A stretch of DNA of 57,293 nucleotides, filler included, from Sphacelaria rigidula (GCA_964200075.2; 7 parts of 7 records of this genome joined end to end with filler, not necessarily neighbours in it); one strand, 5' to 3'. Shown: positions 25,348 through 38,000, numbered from the whole stretch's first letter. A program made the numbers and translations. Notes: generated by a model from the letters alone, not told the origin.

Positions 25348-26759
25348 TCACAGAGTCCTCCAGATGAAATACTTTCCTGGTCGCATTGCGTATGTGAGGT
25401 TCCACAACTTTCCTGCCAGGCTCAATATTTTTCTAGCAGTCGCTGAACGTCGAGTGTGGGGCCACTCGGTAATGAACATTTGTTGGAGCGCCTCAACTTT
25501 CTCGCGGGGTACGGAAACCCGCAAAGTGTGCGAGTTAACGGTCAGGCCCAACGCCTCTGTCTCAGTATCCCAATCTGTACTCCTTTTAGGGGCTAGGATA
25601 GGTGTTTCGCCTTCTTCTCCGTGGCCGAAGAGTCTGACGTGGTCCGATGCGAAGGACGCGGACGCGATCAAAGCGCTCGTGTCGCCATCGGAGTGCTGTA
25701 CGCAAATCTGCAGATAGTCGTCTACGTACACTGACGTGAAGAAATAATCATGTAAGCCTCCTGCTGGGTGTGGGGTGGTAGTAGAATCTTTTGGAATTGG
25801 TGTGGGGTCCCCCGTTTTCCACCTATCGCCTGTCTTTACGTGAGCTGTCATCTCCTTGCCTTCTGGCAGTAAAACCGCGTTGTCAACGTTCGTGTTGCAG
25901 TGCGCGTGTTCGCCCGCCGATGCCAATACTCCCCAGAAATCTGGCGAGCCTGACCAGCCGAACGTGAGCCGGAAATCACACACGACCAGGTTATCCACAA
26001 CGTGGCCGAATTGATGGGCGTGGTCTGGATCTATCCTAACATTACGGAACGCATCCGATACGTCTGCTTTTGCCATTAGTATGCGTTTTTTGGGGTATTT
26101 TTTTCGTAACGAAATGAGCTCTTTAGGAACTTCTGCAGCGCTTCTCCGCATAAACAGGCCGGCGCGTCTTCAGGGTTTGTGTCACCGTCCAACCCTCCAA
26201 AGAAGAATCGTTGATTATGCGAACTTTGTGTGTGGTTACTGCTCCCATGGGGGACAACCGCAGGTTCGGGATTTTTCGGGCGGCCGACGTTTCGACTATC
26301 AGACACTTTCCCCTGCGTGCATCGTGTCCCAGTTTTTTCCCATTTTTTTGGTAGTTGATCGTGGGCGCTACTGTGGTTGCCGTACTGTAGTGCGCAGTCG
26401 AGGTTCTCTTGCGTGGGGGATGCAGTGACTGTCGCGCCGACGGGGACACCTGTGGATGCTATAGTAACGAGTTCGTCTGTCTGCGGGAAACCCTTTTCCT
26501 CCCCGAAATATTTTCTGATCTCGTGCGGGTCTACCGGCGGCGTGACTAGCGATCCCCCGATAGACCTCGCGACATCCCCAATGCGTCCACCGTGTTTTTC
26601 TGTGATGCGCGTGCAGATATTCGCGAGTCTGTACAGTATGTCTTCTTTTTTCTTGGCTGTGATACCTGATTTTTCCAACTCTCCGTTTTCTGAGTACCAC
26701 AGGGCTACTAGCTCAGCGTCAGACTGTCCCGACTCATCTCCGCCGTTAGGAGGCGGCAC
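25348..26759 (-). pseudogene. Reverse transcriptase of the DIRS/Ngaro-type element (frameshifted)
   Basis: Overlapping ORFs 26076-26759, 26123-26449 and 25348-26151 join into one RT with YVDD; several frameshifts are needed. Confidence 0.85.
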
Positions 26760-26874
26760 TGCCGCCGACCCGCTAGACTGAAAACCAACAAATGATACGC
26801 GTGTTTTCTGTTCTACGCCGGACGCGGAACTACTGGCTCCTTGATCCGTTGAGGAATTACTAGCGGGGTAACTG

Positions 26875-27556
26875 GCCCCTGGTTCGCCGAAAGGTTAACT
26901 GGCCCTGTGTTCACTGAGGTGGTAACTGATCCTACGATCACTTTTGGAGTCACCGGCCTTGTGCTCACTGGAGGGGTGACTGGCCCCATGGTCAGTGACG
27001 GGGTAACTAACCCCATAGTCACTGGTGAGGTGACTGGCCCCGCGATCAATGATGGGGTAACTGACCACATGATCACTTGAGGGGTAGCTGGCCCCACGGT
27101 CAGTGAAGGGGTAACTGGCCCCATGATTACTTAAGGGGTAAGTGGATCCATGCTCGTTTAAGGGGTGACTGGCCCCACGGTCACTGAAGGGGTGACTGGC
27201 CCCACGATCACTTAAGGGGTAACTGGCCCCATGATCGTGTAAGCGGTAGCTGGCCCCATAGTCACTGAGGGAGTGACCGGCCCCGCGGTCAGTGATGAGG
27301 TAACTGGCCCCATGGTCACTACTGGGGTAACTAGCCCCACGGTCACTGAAGGGGCAACTGGCCCCATGATCACTTGAGGGGTAACTGGCTCCATGCTCGT
27401 TCAAGGGGTAACTGGCCCCACGATCCCTGAAGGGGTAACTGGCCCCATGGTCACTGAGGGGGTGACTGACCCCTGATCGGTTAAGGGGTAACTGGCCCCG
27501 TGGTCACTGAAGGGGTAACTGGCCCCACGGTCATGAATGGTATAACTGCTCCCCGA
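26875..27556 (-). repeat. 27-bp tandem minisatellite, about 25 units, coding GPVTPSVTM-like nonapeptides inside the retrotransposon ORF
   Basis: Plus-strand consensus GGGGTAACTGGCCCCATGGTCACTGAA repeated head to tail. Confidence 0.95.
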
Positions 27557-28140
27557 TGCATGCAAAACTGGCGTGGCTTCTAATGTGCCAGGGGTCATTG
27601 TTGTCGGTGGCGCTACGCCGACCGCCTGTGACAGCGAAACATAGTGGGTGTCGGCTATCTGGTAGGCTACGCGATCATGTCCTGAACTAAGTGACGCGAC
27701 ACACTGGCGAGGACACACTGATATCCCATTTCCTTCGTAAAACTGATTCCCCATGTGCTCACAACCCCGGCCGCAAGGCACCGCTACCTCTGTCTGCTCT
27801 CTACATCTCTCACCATGAAACACGGTCGCTGGGGCCGACCCAGGTGAAGGTGTGCCGATAAGCCCCACGGACCTAGAGGCGTCCGCAAACATCGTGTTCA
27901 CGTCACTACCCGCTTCTCCTCTAAGTTTCGGCCGTGCCGGTGGGCAGGGCCCGCGCCCTCATCCGCTCTCGTTTCCTTTCTCGCCGGCGGCGCCCCCCCC
28001 CCCCTTTCCCCGCCGCGCCCTCCGTAGCTGTGTGAGTAAAGTGCTACCGGTGCCTGGGCGGGCGCCGATTACTGGTGCTGGGGAGCGGGCAGTTGGTGCG
28101 TCTGAGGTAGTGTATGCTGTGCCGGGTTGCCGGGGGCTGC

Positions 28141-28176
28141 GGGGGCGGGGGCGGGGGCGGGGGCGGGGGCGGGGGC
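28141..28176. repeat. (GGGGGC)6 repeat: poly-Pro on the - strand, G-quadruplex-capable on the + strand
   Basis: Six perfect GGGGGC units. Confidence 0.9.
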
Positions 28177-30902
28177 GGTGTTTGGGCCGGAGCCGGCACC
28201 GTCGGCGTCGGCGTAGCCTGCGCCTGCCCGGATGCCAGTGGAGACACGATATCGTGTGAGAACCTACAGTTGTTCCGCGTGCACGGTTGGTTTTGCCAGT
28301 GCTGGACGCAAACATCTTTTGGGGTCTGCCACTGGACCTTTCTCTGCGCGAAGGTCGACGGGGTCCCGCCGGCGTGGTGTCGCTAGAAGAGGGGGGAGCC
28401 GCGGAGCCTGCCTGCGACCTCGCTTTACGTTTTGCGTTGGGTTTTGCCTCCCCGACCGGCCGGGATGCAGGTTTTTCGATGAGGCAGTTGGGCCCTTCCT
28501 CGGTGACGAGGACTTTGAGTTTTGTAAAAGCCGGCGCCATTACCGGCTCTCCCGTCGTCGACGGTGGAACGACGGCCGGAAATGTCCTCCGCAACTGTTG
28601 TGCCTGAAGTGCCACCCGGTAGAAGAATTCCTCGATGCCGGTGTCCATGGTTCTTTGAAGCGTGACGCGGACCGTCGTTCTATGTGGGTACTATGATGTG
28701 TAATGATGATCTGTATACTCCCTTACTTGGTTGGCTGCTGATTCGAACTCCGACTGAAGGGCACGCGTGCGTGTCTTGCATAGGTCGGGAGCATGCTCCA
28801 TGGGGGTGAGCAAAAGTGTGAACAGGAACGCGACGAAGGTGTGAAAATACACATCAGCCGGTATTCTTACAAGCGTCGAGCCTGGTTGCACCGGTTTATT
28901 GAAGTCCACTGTCTTGAAATTGGCCAAGTTTTGCCGCTGATTAGCGGATGCGTGCGTAACGTGAGCTACCTTCCTGCGTGAGCTACCTTCCTGGGCGTAA
29001 GTTGTTGGAGGTTGAAAGTGAGATCTTCTCTCACGTCAAAGCCTCCCCTCACGAGAAAAAACATGGGCCCAGTGGTGGCCCGCCACGAGTCGACGGCATG
29101 TTTTGTATTTGCTTTTATACCCGCCTGTTCGGCTGCGGTCCGTTGTGCCGCCGCTTGCGCGCCAGCTGCTGAAACATGCAAGTGTGGTGGTTGTTGCCAC
29201 TTGTTCCCGATCTGTAGCGGTGGTTGTTGTGGAGGTGCCTGCGGGAGTTGTAGCGGCTGCGGCTGCTGGTTATTCTCGACAGCCTGCAGGCGACTGGTGA
29301 TCTGGGCCAATGCGGCCGGTATGTGCTGCTGGAAAGCCTGCTGCGACATCACGGGCCCTTGCAGTACGCCCTGGGTTTGGTCGGCTGCCGCTGCTGCTGC
29401 CGTGTGTGGGGTTTTATGCCCTGTCACCACCTCGCCGCCTTGGTGTGTTCGGCTCCCGCCGCCATCTGTGGGACCTCCACCGGCCCCTACCCCAGCCATG
29501 CCAGATTTTCATCTCCGCCTGCTTGGGCTGCGCCCCCGCCTATACCAGACACAGTGTAATAATCGATCGATCCTCTGCGAAGCGCGCTAGTTCTTGCCTA
29601 CTTCTACCCATTTGTGCTGCTGAGACCAGTAGGCCGCTGCTAGATGAAGGCTACTCGTTGCTGGTGACAGTATCTGTACTCGTGTGTGCGGCACCCTAGC
29701 TGCGATGGTCAACGTTTCTCCTGGCAGCGGCACTGCGGACGAGAAACAAGGACAGACGACGTACCGCATACATTAGCACGTATATTTCTTCTGTGTGTCC
29801 GTCCCACATCGTCAGAATTCGTACACGCCTCCGCAGATACCGCTTTCATACTGAACGCTACAATTCACCTTTGTTGCCCCGATTAGCACCTCTAACAGTG
29901 CATTGCGATCCATTGAACTATTAGACTACTGTACAGCGATACGGTACAGACAGCCAGTTGTACAAACAGCAGTACAGACAGTACGGTGCGCAGCACTTTC
30001 AAACAGCAGACCTCGGCCGCATTGCGATGATTTTTCCACATGCCACTCACAACGGTGGTGCAAGACGTGATGATCTCTCACGGGATGGAAATACAGCGAG
30101 GTGTACAACTGCTTGTGCGCTGTAGACGACGAATCGTTCCCACCGTCTTCTTCCAGCTGAAGCTGGCAAGAGTAAGGAACCACACCCAACGCAACGTGCA
30201 CCTGTCGAGCATTTGAATATTCACGCAACACAACCAAGCGGATTGCTGATGCCATGGCGGCGTCAGGGAGGTCATGTGATTGCGATGCCAAGCTTTTCTA
30301 CTCCGTGAGTGGCCCATTGAGATGAGTATGGCAGTTTTGATGGGTGATGCATGTCCCACTTTCACTTGTTCAGGTGTATTGACTTTGGACTGGACGTGAC
30401 CATGGTGGTGCAGGTGTGCGTGGTTCTTTTTCATTCCGCTATGAACTCTGAGGAGGAACAACGGTTTTCAGCGTGAAGTGGTGTAGACGCGACTATCATT
30501 CTGAAAAATTCGCGCTGAAAAAAACTTCATAGCAGAAAGTGCACCGCTACCGTCTATTTTCCCTTCCGCTCTGACTCTAGGATTTGAAAAAATCTTTTCC
30601 GAAACTCTCTCTCATCGTGTACTGTGCTCATTGAGTGTACTGCACTGCATCATACCCTACGGTACCGCGGTACGATGCTGCTCTTGAAGGATTATTCCCT
30701 CCCTGCCTATTCTTCGGCTCCACTGTGATACCACACCCGCCAAGAAAATGATCGTTCGTGTACAGAACAATTTTAACAAACCTGGGAAGCCATACAGGGG
30801 TATACGCGAATCTGGGCTGGGTTTCACGAATTTGGGTCCCCTTGATTTGGCACACATTCGGGTCGCGCCAGATTCGGGATTGGCTGCCCTACAAGATAGT
30901 CT

Positions 30903-31387
30903 AAGGCCGGATGTTATGGCACACAGATTTTTGGCCCACGGATTGTTTACTTTTGGGACTTTTGACCCACCTTTGACCCCCAAGCAGGGAAAATCGTCAG
31001 CACACGTCTTGAACACTTTGCATCACTCCACAGAGAGGAGCCTAGCCCACTTTTCAGATTCGCTTGGCTCCGAGGTTTCGAGAGTGGCCCCTGAACAATA
31101 ATCCGTGTACAATAAAATCTACGGCGATGTCCACAGATTATTGGGCAAGCCGCCGTATGTTGGCAAGCACAGATCATTGCACACGGATCATTGTTCGGCG
31201 GGCAATCTCGAATCCTCGGAGCCAAGCGACTCCGAAGAGTAGGCTAGGCTTCTCTCTATGGGGTGGTGCAAAGCGTCCGAGACGTGTGTTGGCGATTTTC
31301 CCTTTTTGGGGGTCAAAAAGTGGGTCAAACGTCCCAAAAGTGCACAATCCGTGGGCCAATAATCTGTGTGCCATAACATCCGGCCTT
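30903..31387. mobile_element. Fold-back MITE, 485 bp, with about 215-bp imperfect arms
   Basis: AAGGCCGGATGTTATGGCACACAGATT...AATCTGTGTGCCATAACATCCGGCCTT; TSD ambiguous. Confidence 0.85.
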
Positions 31388-32796
31388 GAAATACTAGAAC
31401 ACCCCAAACCAGAGAAGAACATGAATGAATACGAACCCGACCCACTTTTTTTGTTCATTTTGCCCTAGCGAGGTCCGACACAAAATTCCAATACGCAAAC
31501 ACCAAACCCAGGCCGGGAAGTGGCCTACGAAATACGGATCCTCATTTTTACCTACCCGGCTTTCAAGCGGCCCATTCGCAATTGAATAGTGCATGATAAC
31601 AATATTTACCGTCGACCCGAAGACTTTTTGTTTTCATGAGTGAAGGGCAATAAGGAGTTTTCAAGTTTGAGTGAAATGCCATCAAACCATGGAATAAAAA
31701 CAATTTGGGTCCACCGGTATTGCTTTTTATTATGGCCGATTTTGGTTTCATATCAAACGTTAGGGTCTTACTCTGAGCAGTCGATTGCAAATAAGCCTGC
31801 AAACTCCATAAGCGCTTCTAGGTTGGCCCAGTTCGTAGATGCAGGACAGAGTAAATCGCACTGGTCTTCTTTTTATACCTATCAGGAGGTCAGAGTGTGC
31901 AGAGCGGTCTCATTTCGTGTGAAGAAGCGATTGTTTCTGGATTTTTTCATCCTTCTCAGACACAACGATACACACGCGGCCATTCGGCTACCTCGTAGAG
32001 GAATTTCCAAACGTCATCCTCGGTTCCGTCCGTTTTGAATTCGTCATTAGAGGATCTTGGGTATTCGTGATCCTCTAGAGAATTTTCGATGTTGGGGCCC
32101 TCGAAGGTATGTGCCGATATTGAAATCCCCTGGATTGTTTTTGGAGGCACAAGTGCTATGGAAATCTGGAATTTTTGCAGCCTCTGCTGTTCGAAATAAA
32201 TCCTCATTCCGAATTATTGGAATCGGGAAAAAATGATTTATTTCGAACAGCAGAGGCTGTGCAAATCCCATATACGCTCGCAGATGGGATTTGTACACCA
32301 GAAGCTGTTCGAAATAAATCCTCATTTTGCCCGCCAAATACCTGAAACTGGGCAAAAAAAGAACTTGTTTGAGAGCAGCTTCTGCTGTTCAAGCAGTAGA
32401 CCTTACGAAATGTACGTGAACAATGGTTGGTATTCGATTTCACTTGATTTTAGACTGAAGAGAGTTCTGAGAAAATTCATGACTTCGGGCAGGTGAGCAG
32501 CGGTGAGCAGTAGACCCAGCTCGTCCAGAACATGTTTTGGTCCAAAATCGGCTCAAGGGCGTCGATTTGAGCTCTGGCAATGCACCCGTAGCCGACGAAA
32601 CACTTCGGGCCCCCCTGCCCGAGGGTTAGACACCCATGAGGCAGTCTACAAGCTGTGGCTGTCTCTGGAAGTGGCGATACCACAGAATAAACCAACNNNN
32701 NNNNNNNNNNNNNNNNNNNNNNNNNNNNNNNNNNNNNNNNTTAATTAATTAANNNNNNNNNNNNNNNNNNNNNNNNNNNNNNNNNNNNNNNNNNNN

Positions 32797-32853
<57 letters not shown>
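32797..32853. repeat. (AAT)n microsatellite at the segment start; other microsatellites are (GAT)n at about 34784-34813, (GTT/GCT)n at about 36372-36438 and (TA)n at about 39801-39824
   Basis: Visible simple repeats. Confidence 0.95.
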
Positions 32854-32935
32854 TGTATACTTATAATGTATGACAGAAACAAACCATAAACCCTGTTTAA
32901 TGTTAACAATACATACGGATATCGAAACGACACAG

Positions 32936-33096
32936 GAGAGATACCCCCGACCCGCGGAGAAGCGTTTCTGGGCGGCTACAACGTACGTCGCGACCCGGAG
33001 GCGATTCATCGGCTGGTGGGTTACTGCCCTCAGTTTGACGCCTTGTTCGAGACGCTCACGGGACGGGAGCATCTCAAGTTGTACGGTGCTATCAAG
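32936..33096 (+). CDS. ABCA: ABCA-subfamily transporter, NBD2 exon (gene 5'-truncated by the segment start)
   Basis: acacag|GA GAG...AAG|gtatat. Translates EIPPTRGEAFLGGYNVRRDPEAIHRLVGYCPQFDALFETLTGREHLKLYGAIK (Q-loop GYCPQFDAL). Confidence 0.95.
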
Positions 33097-33181
33097 GTAT
33101 ATACCTCGGAGTACAGTATTTATGAGCATGTATTCTATATATACATATATATATACATACATTCATCATCAACAGAACATA

Positions 33182-33368
33182 TCACACCCTGGACAATACA
33201 TATGGTCAATAATAGGTGCAATAGACGAGAAGTGTACTGCATTAAGTGTAGGCCTATTGCAACTATTGCCGGCCGACAATAGTCGCAACAGGCCTATACT
33301 TTATGCAGTACGTTGCTTGTCTATTGCAACTATTGACCATATATATATATATATTGTCCCAGGTGTGA
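33182..33368. mobile_element. Fold-back (near-palindromic) MITE-like element in an ABCA intron
   Basis: TCACACCCTGGACAATA...TATTGTCCCAGGTGTGA; the arms pair imperfectly almost to the centre (about 33270). Confidence 0.75.
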
Positions 33369-33875
33369 AATATATAGGGGTGCACACGACATTAATTTAG
33401 GAGCAACACTCGTGCATTATAACTAGCCTCTAAGACTCCTTATTTCAGTACTGTACATACTATTCGGGCAAGTTCGGATCCCTTATTTCCGATCGTACAC
33501 TGTGGAACAAGCAGCGTGTTTTGCCAAGCTATCGTACCATGTTGCATACTACTCCAATGCTGCACGACGCCGTAACAGAGCTCAGTACCTTGCTGCCGAC
33601 TTCCGGTGTTGTCGCTATGACTGCTCTGTACATGTGGTGGGGCGTGGCAAGAAAAATCCACTGATCGACATGCACCATTATTCCTGTCCTGTCCAACGAA
33701 ACCTCACTGCCTCGTACCGCATGTTCTCGAGAGAAAGATTATCACGTCGCCACCTCGATTGATTTTTTTCTGAAAAGATATCTCCTAACGCCGCGGTTAC
33801 TAACGGGCGTGTGTGCTTATAAAGGGGTCGATGCCCAAACCCCCCCAGTTGAGCTCAGAAAAACACGTATCCTCG

Positions 33876-34086
33876 GAGAGTTTCGGAAAGTTTCGGAAAA
33901 CGCTTGTTTTGTCATTTCAGAGTGGAAATATCTCAGGATTAGAGTTCAGAAGAAAAACAAAAACTCATCGGGAAATGATGAAGGGGATACCACATTTAAT
34001 GTAGGGGATTTTTTTTTTTTTACGCTCTGATCCTGATTTATATTTGCACTCTGAAGTGACAAAAAAACGCGTTTTCCGAAACTCTT
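33876..34086. mobile_element. MITE with long terminal inverted repeats, copy 1 of 3 in ABCA introns
   Basis: GAGAGTTTCGGAAAACGC...GCGTTTTCCGAAACTCT with about 60-bp imperfect TIRs. Confidence 0.85.
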
Positions 34087-34334
34087 TATTTATTGATTGA
34101 TTTTGATGGGTGGATCAGTTATATTTTTTATTGCGTCTTTCAACACCGAACATGACACGAACGCACGGCGCTGTGTGTGAGCGAGAGCGCATCCGACCGC
34201 CCCGTACTGGGCAACCATTGTAACATCTCTATCGTCTGTGAAGATCCCTCCGACGTATTTGTCCACTCTCTTCTTTCTTCAATCTTGACGGTTTGTATAC
34301 CGTTTCCGTGTGATTTGGAACCGTGCGTTCTCAG

Positions 34335-34484
34335 GGTATCCGGTCTACTGAGTTGGGCGCTGCTGTCGAGAAAAAGATCGACGAGATGGGCCTTAGGCAG
34401 TATGCGGACAGGTTGGCTGGGGGATACAGCGGCGGTAACAAGAGGAAGCTGTCCGTGGCCATTGCTATGATTGGAGATCCGCAG
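34335..34484 (+). CDS. ABCA: ABCA transporter exon with ABC signature motif
   Basis: tctcag|GGT...CAG|gtaaca; 150 nt. Translates GIRSTELGAAVEKKIDEMGLRQYADRLAGGYSGGNKRKLSVAIAMIGDPQ. Confidence 0.95.
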
Positions 34485-34782
34485 GTAACAAGCCTAGAAG
34501 TGGCCTGCGTGTGTATCAACCTGCATCGTTATTATGAGAAAACAACACGCCAGTGATCGATTGAGTGATAAATTGATGGATTCATTCGTACATTTATTCA
34601 TTTATTTATTAATTAATTCATCCATTCATTGATCGACTGATGGATCGATTGTCGCACTTTAACTGATCCCCGAGGGACAAACCCAGTCCTGGCCATTATC
34701 CACGAGATAGATTTAATGCTCAAGGTGAAGAAAACATTGATGCGTTGATGTTTTTCCCCGCTGTTTGTGTCGGCAGTAATTA

Positions 34783-34815
<33 letters not shown>

Positions 34816-35104
34816 AATAATAATGATAACAGCAATGGCTGATGCTCGTGATGGATGATGACAATGGGTGATTGTGATGGTCCTGGCCATTGCGATAAAT
34901 TCTGACGTCGAAGAATTGAATCATCCCGCACAAGAATTTGTGGGGGGGAAAGAAGAGCTTTGTGACTATCGCGGTCACAGGATCCGCAGGTGCAGCAGCC
35001 ACACTCACGAAAAACGAAACCAGGAATAGAGCCAAGTTATGTTACTCTTCCGCACTGCACAGCACAACACGGTAGCATCTTGCTGTAATATAATTAACAC
35101 ATCG

Positions 35105-35318
35105 GAGAGTTTCGGCGGGGGAAAACGCTTTTTTTTGTCATTTCAAAGTGCAAATATCTCAGGATCAGAGTGCAAAATAAAAAATAAAAACACCTAATCG
35201 AAAAAACGTTAAGCAAGGGGATTCCACATTTCACGGAAGGAGAAATAAGTTTCTGTCACCCGTTGATCCTGAGATATTTGCACTCTGATATGACAACAAA
35301 GCGTTTTCCGAAACTTTC
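35105..35318. mobile_element. Same MITE, copy 2
   Basis: Same TIRs; TA follows the right end. Confidence 0.85.
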
Positions 35319-36102
35319 TATTGTTGTGTATACCATGCGTTCACAACACCGCATGTATGACCAAAACTTGCTGTGTGTACACGCCGTCAATAGCACGACC
35401 CTTACTGTTAGTAAGTCGATTCCAAGCTTTACACCTGATGAAACAACAACCTGAGGCACTCCACCACAGAGACACACCATATATATACGGTAGTGGGCGG
35501 TCTATAGTAACTATTCGTTTTGTGGCATTTTGTGATTTTTTCGTACTTGGCGATTCCTTTGGGCTCTTTTCGCTTGCCACCGCTTATCGCATCGGGCATC
35601 TGAAGATGTTTGTATCCGCTCCACATTCCAAGGAGAGAAAATCCTCCGTACTCAATACTGAGTGACTTACGGGCTGATCGGTCATCGGGGGTCCTGCCAC
35701 GTTTCAGCCCAGATTCTTACTCTTCAGTATTTTCGGTCGATCGAGCACGTCCCGATCATATTTGTAAAGAAGTGTACGGTTTTATTTTTTCGAAATTCTG
35801 CCTACTCATTGCACGAGGACGGAGAAACTGTGTTTCACGGTCAATAACACCCTCCTGATGAACGGGGTATTCACTTGTTTCGCCCGATAATACCATCTAA
35901 CACTGACTTGGGCACTGTGTTTCGAGGATGATCTGCTTTTTTGTACCAAAAGCTACCGACGCTAGCGATTTCGAGTTCTATCGAAGAGCAGTACACGAGG
36001 AAAACCCCAAGACACCCGTAAATATTTAGACCTCCCACTACGGCATATGAAAAAACAAAATATTTTGGATCACATCTGCCGGCACTACTTTCTTAACGCC
36101 AG

Positions 36103-36224
36103 ATCGTATTCCTGGACGAGCCCAGCACTGGAATGGATCCCATGGCAAGGCGGATGATGTGGAACTACGTGAAGCGCACGGTCACTGAAAATAAGGAGTG
36201 CGCCATGATCCTCACAACACACAG
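36103..36224 (+). CDS. ABCA: ABCA transporter exon with Walker B, D-loop and H-switch
   Basis: cgccag|ATC...AG|gtcagt. Translates [40 protein letters not shown](S). Confidence 0.95.
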
Positions 36225-36393
36225 GTCAGTCGGGTGTCTGGCATATCGGTTGGTCTGAGCGCAGCGGAAGCAGGGCGGTCGAGAACGTCAGAGTAGCTGA
36301 CTGATGGCGGAACACGAAACAATCTCTCCCGCTTTTGTTGTATTCTGCTGGCGTTTTTCTTGCCTCCATCCTTGTTGTTGTTGTTGCTGCTGC

Positions 36394-36427
<34 letters not shown>

Positions 36428-36832
36428 GCTGTTGTTGTGTTTTTCCGTCGGCAACCTTTTACCTGTCTCTGCTCTTATTCGATCCCTTTTCGACTTAGGC
36501 ACAATATTATTATCGTCAATGTTTGGATAACTCAAATAAGAATGGACATGATGACTGTCGACTACTTCAGAGCGTCACGGCGTGCACATACAGGGCAGCT
36601 CTCCGAAGTGCTGGGTTGCAGTCCCAAACCTTCAGAAAAAAAAAACGCTTCATTAATGGAGAAGCCCACACGCAGAGTACGGCATGTCTGAAAAGTTCAG
36701 AGGCCTCCGAAAATACAGTGTCGAAAAATAATAACGGGCCTTATACTTCTTCAACTGACTGTTTTATCGGTTTTCCGTTTCTTACGCTTGACCCTGGTAA
36801 CGTTGGATGTTTTTGCTCTTTTTGCTATACAG

Positions 36833-36977
36833 CATGGACGAGTGTGAGGCGTTGTGTCAGAGGATTGGCATCATGGTCGGCGGGCGCATGAGGTGCTTGG
36901 GAAGTTCTCAGCACCTCAAGACTCGCTTCGGCAAAGGCTTCATGCTCGAAGCGCGCATCGAGGCTATCCCCGCCCAT
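36833..36977 (+). CDS. ABCA: ABCA transporter exon
   Basis: atacag|C ATG...CAT|gtaagc. Translates [48 protein letters not shown]; phase matches the previous exon. Confidence 0.95.
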
Positions 36978-36995
36978 GTAAGCACACAAACAACA

Positions 36996-37214
36996 GAGAG
37001 TTCCGGAAAACGCTTTTCTATTTTCGTCATCTCAGAGTGCAAAAATATCTCAGGATTAGAGCGTAACGAAAAACTGTTTCCCCCTCCGTCAAATGTGGTA
37101 TCCTCTTGCTTAACTTTTTCTCGATGGAGCTTGTTTCTTTTTTATTCTGCGCTATGATCCTGAGACATTTGCACTCTGAAATGATGACAAAAAAAAACGA
37201 TTTCCGAAACTCTC
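36996..37214. mobile_element. Same MITE, copy 3
   Basis: Same TIRs; starts 18 nt downstream of an ABCA splice donor. Confidence 0.85.
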
Positions 37215-38000
37215 TAATGAGCCGAAGTGACCAAATGGTGGCCGGACTGCTTGCCGCCACGAGCGTGTTTACGCTTTCGCCCTCGCCGTATGTGTTATTT
37301 TCCACGTTTCAAACATGATTGAATGTTTCAAGAGTGTGTTCGGTAGGGTAACTTCCCTGCGTTTATTTAGGTATTCTCAAAAACTCGTATCTCAAAGTAT
37401 CCAACCCTCGGGTATAGGGTACATGGATCGTACCCGACTACAATACTCGGATATTGGGTAGAGTATTGGGGTCATACCCAATTCTATTTAACATCTGGGT
37501 AGAGGTTGGAGATCGGGTCATCTCAGCACGACATCCGGGACAGAAATACCCGGGTATTTCACATCCTTGGAATAATCTTTCAAGGGCAGATCAAGTAGAG
37601 TATACTCAGGTGCGGGGCATTTCGAAAGACGTACTCGAGGTATTCAAACTAGGGTAGAGTGTCAGCAGTCGTACACAAAAAATAATTGAGGAGCGATCCC
37701 TAAAACCCTACCCCTGATTTGTGTACTTCAAGCTCGACTTTCGGAATACCCCTCAATTGAGTATACTCCACTCGACCTGCCCTCGTAATGTTTGTTCGCC
37801 GCTGTGACCCAGGTCCCCAAAGGCGGTTAGGGTGGGGCACATGTTCGGATACCCTGGATCCTCAGTCGATACCCTCCTCATGACTAGAAGCAAATTTGAG
37901 CGTGTGGTGCCGACTGTTTCCTATGTGCCGCCACCCCTCCGACAGCCTGAAATACTTTCTCCCCTTATAACTTCAATTATTTCGCAATCTTCAATGACAG

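Larger units (their letters stand above)
24598..29900 (-). mobile_element. Decayed DIRS/Ngaro-type (tyrosine-recombinase class) retrotransposon: gag-like ORF, 27-bp repeats, RT, RNase H; truncated at the segment edge
   Basis: RT motifs MAKADVSDAFRNVRI...FRLTFGWSGSP...SVYVDDYL (25348-26151). RNase H-like motifs SHASFEAVGG...INLLELLGMVV...MHGNNVAAV...KHIQGIQNV (about 24760-25200). No protease or integrase motif seen. The recombinase is not visible and the 5' boundary is approximate. Confidence 0.82.

Noticed and set aside
26875-27556. CRISPR-like array (conserved palindromic 15-mer plus variable 12-mer)
   Set aside because: The variable parts are related to each other and only 12 nt long, the period is a codon multiple inside a retrotransposon ORF, and there are no cas genes in this eukaryotic DNA.
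32745-36691. Poly-Tyr/Ile, poly-His/Ser and poly-Cys/Val/Asn ORFs in the ORF track
   Set aside because: Translation artefacts of intronic (AAT)n, (GAT)n and (GTT)n microsatellites.
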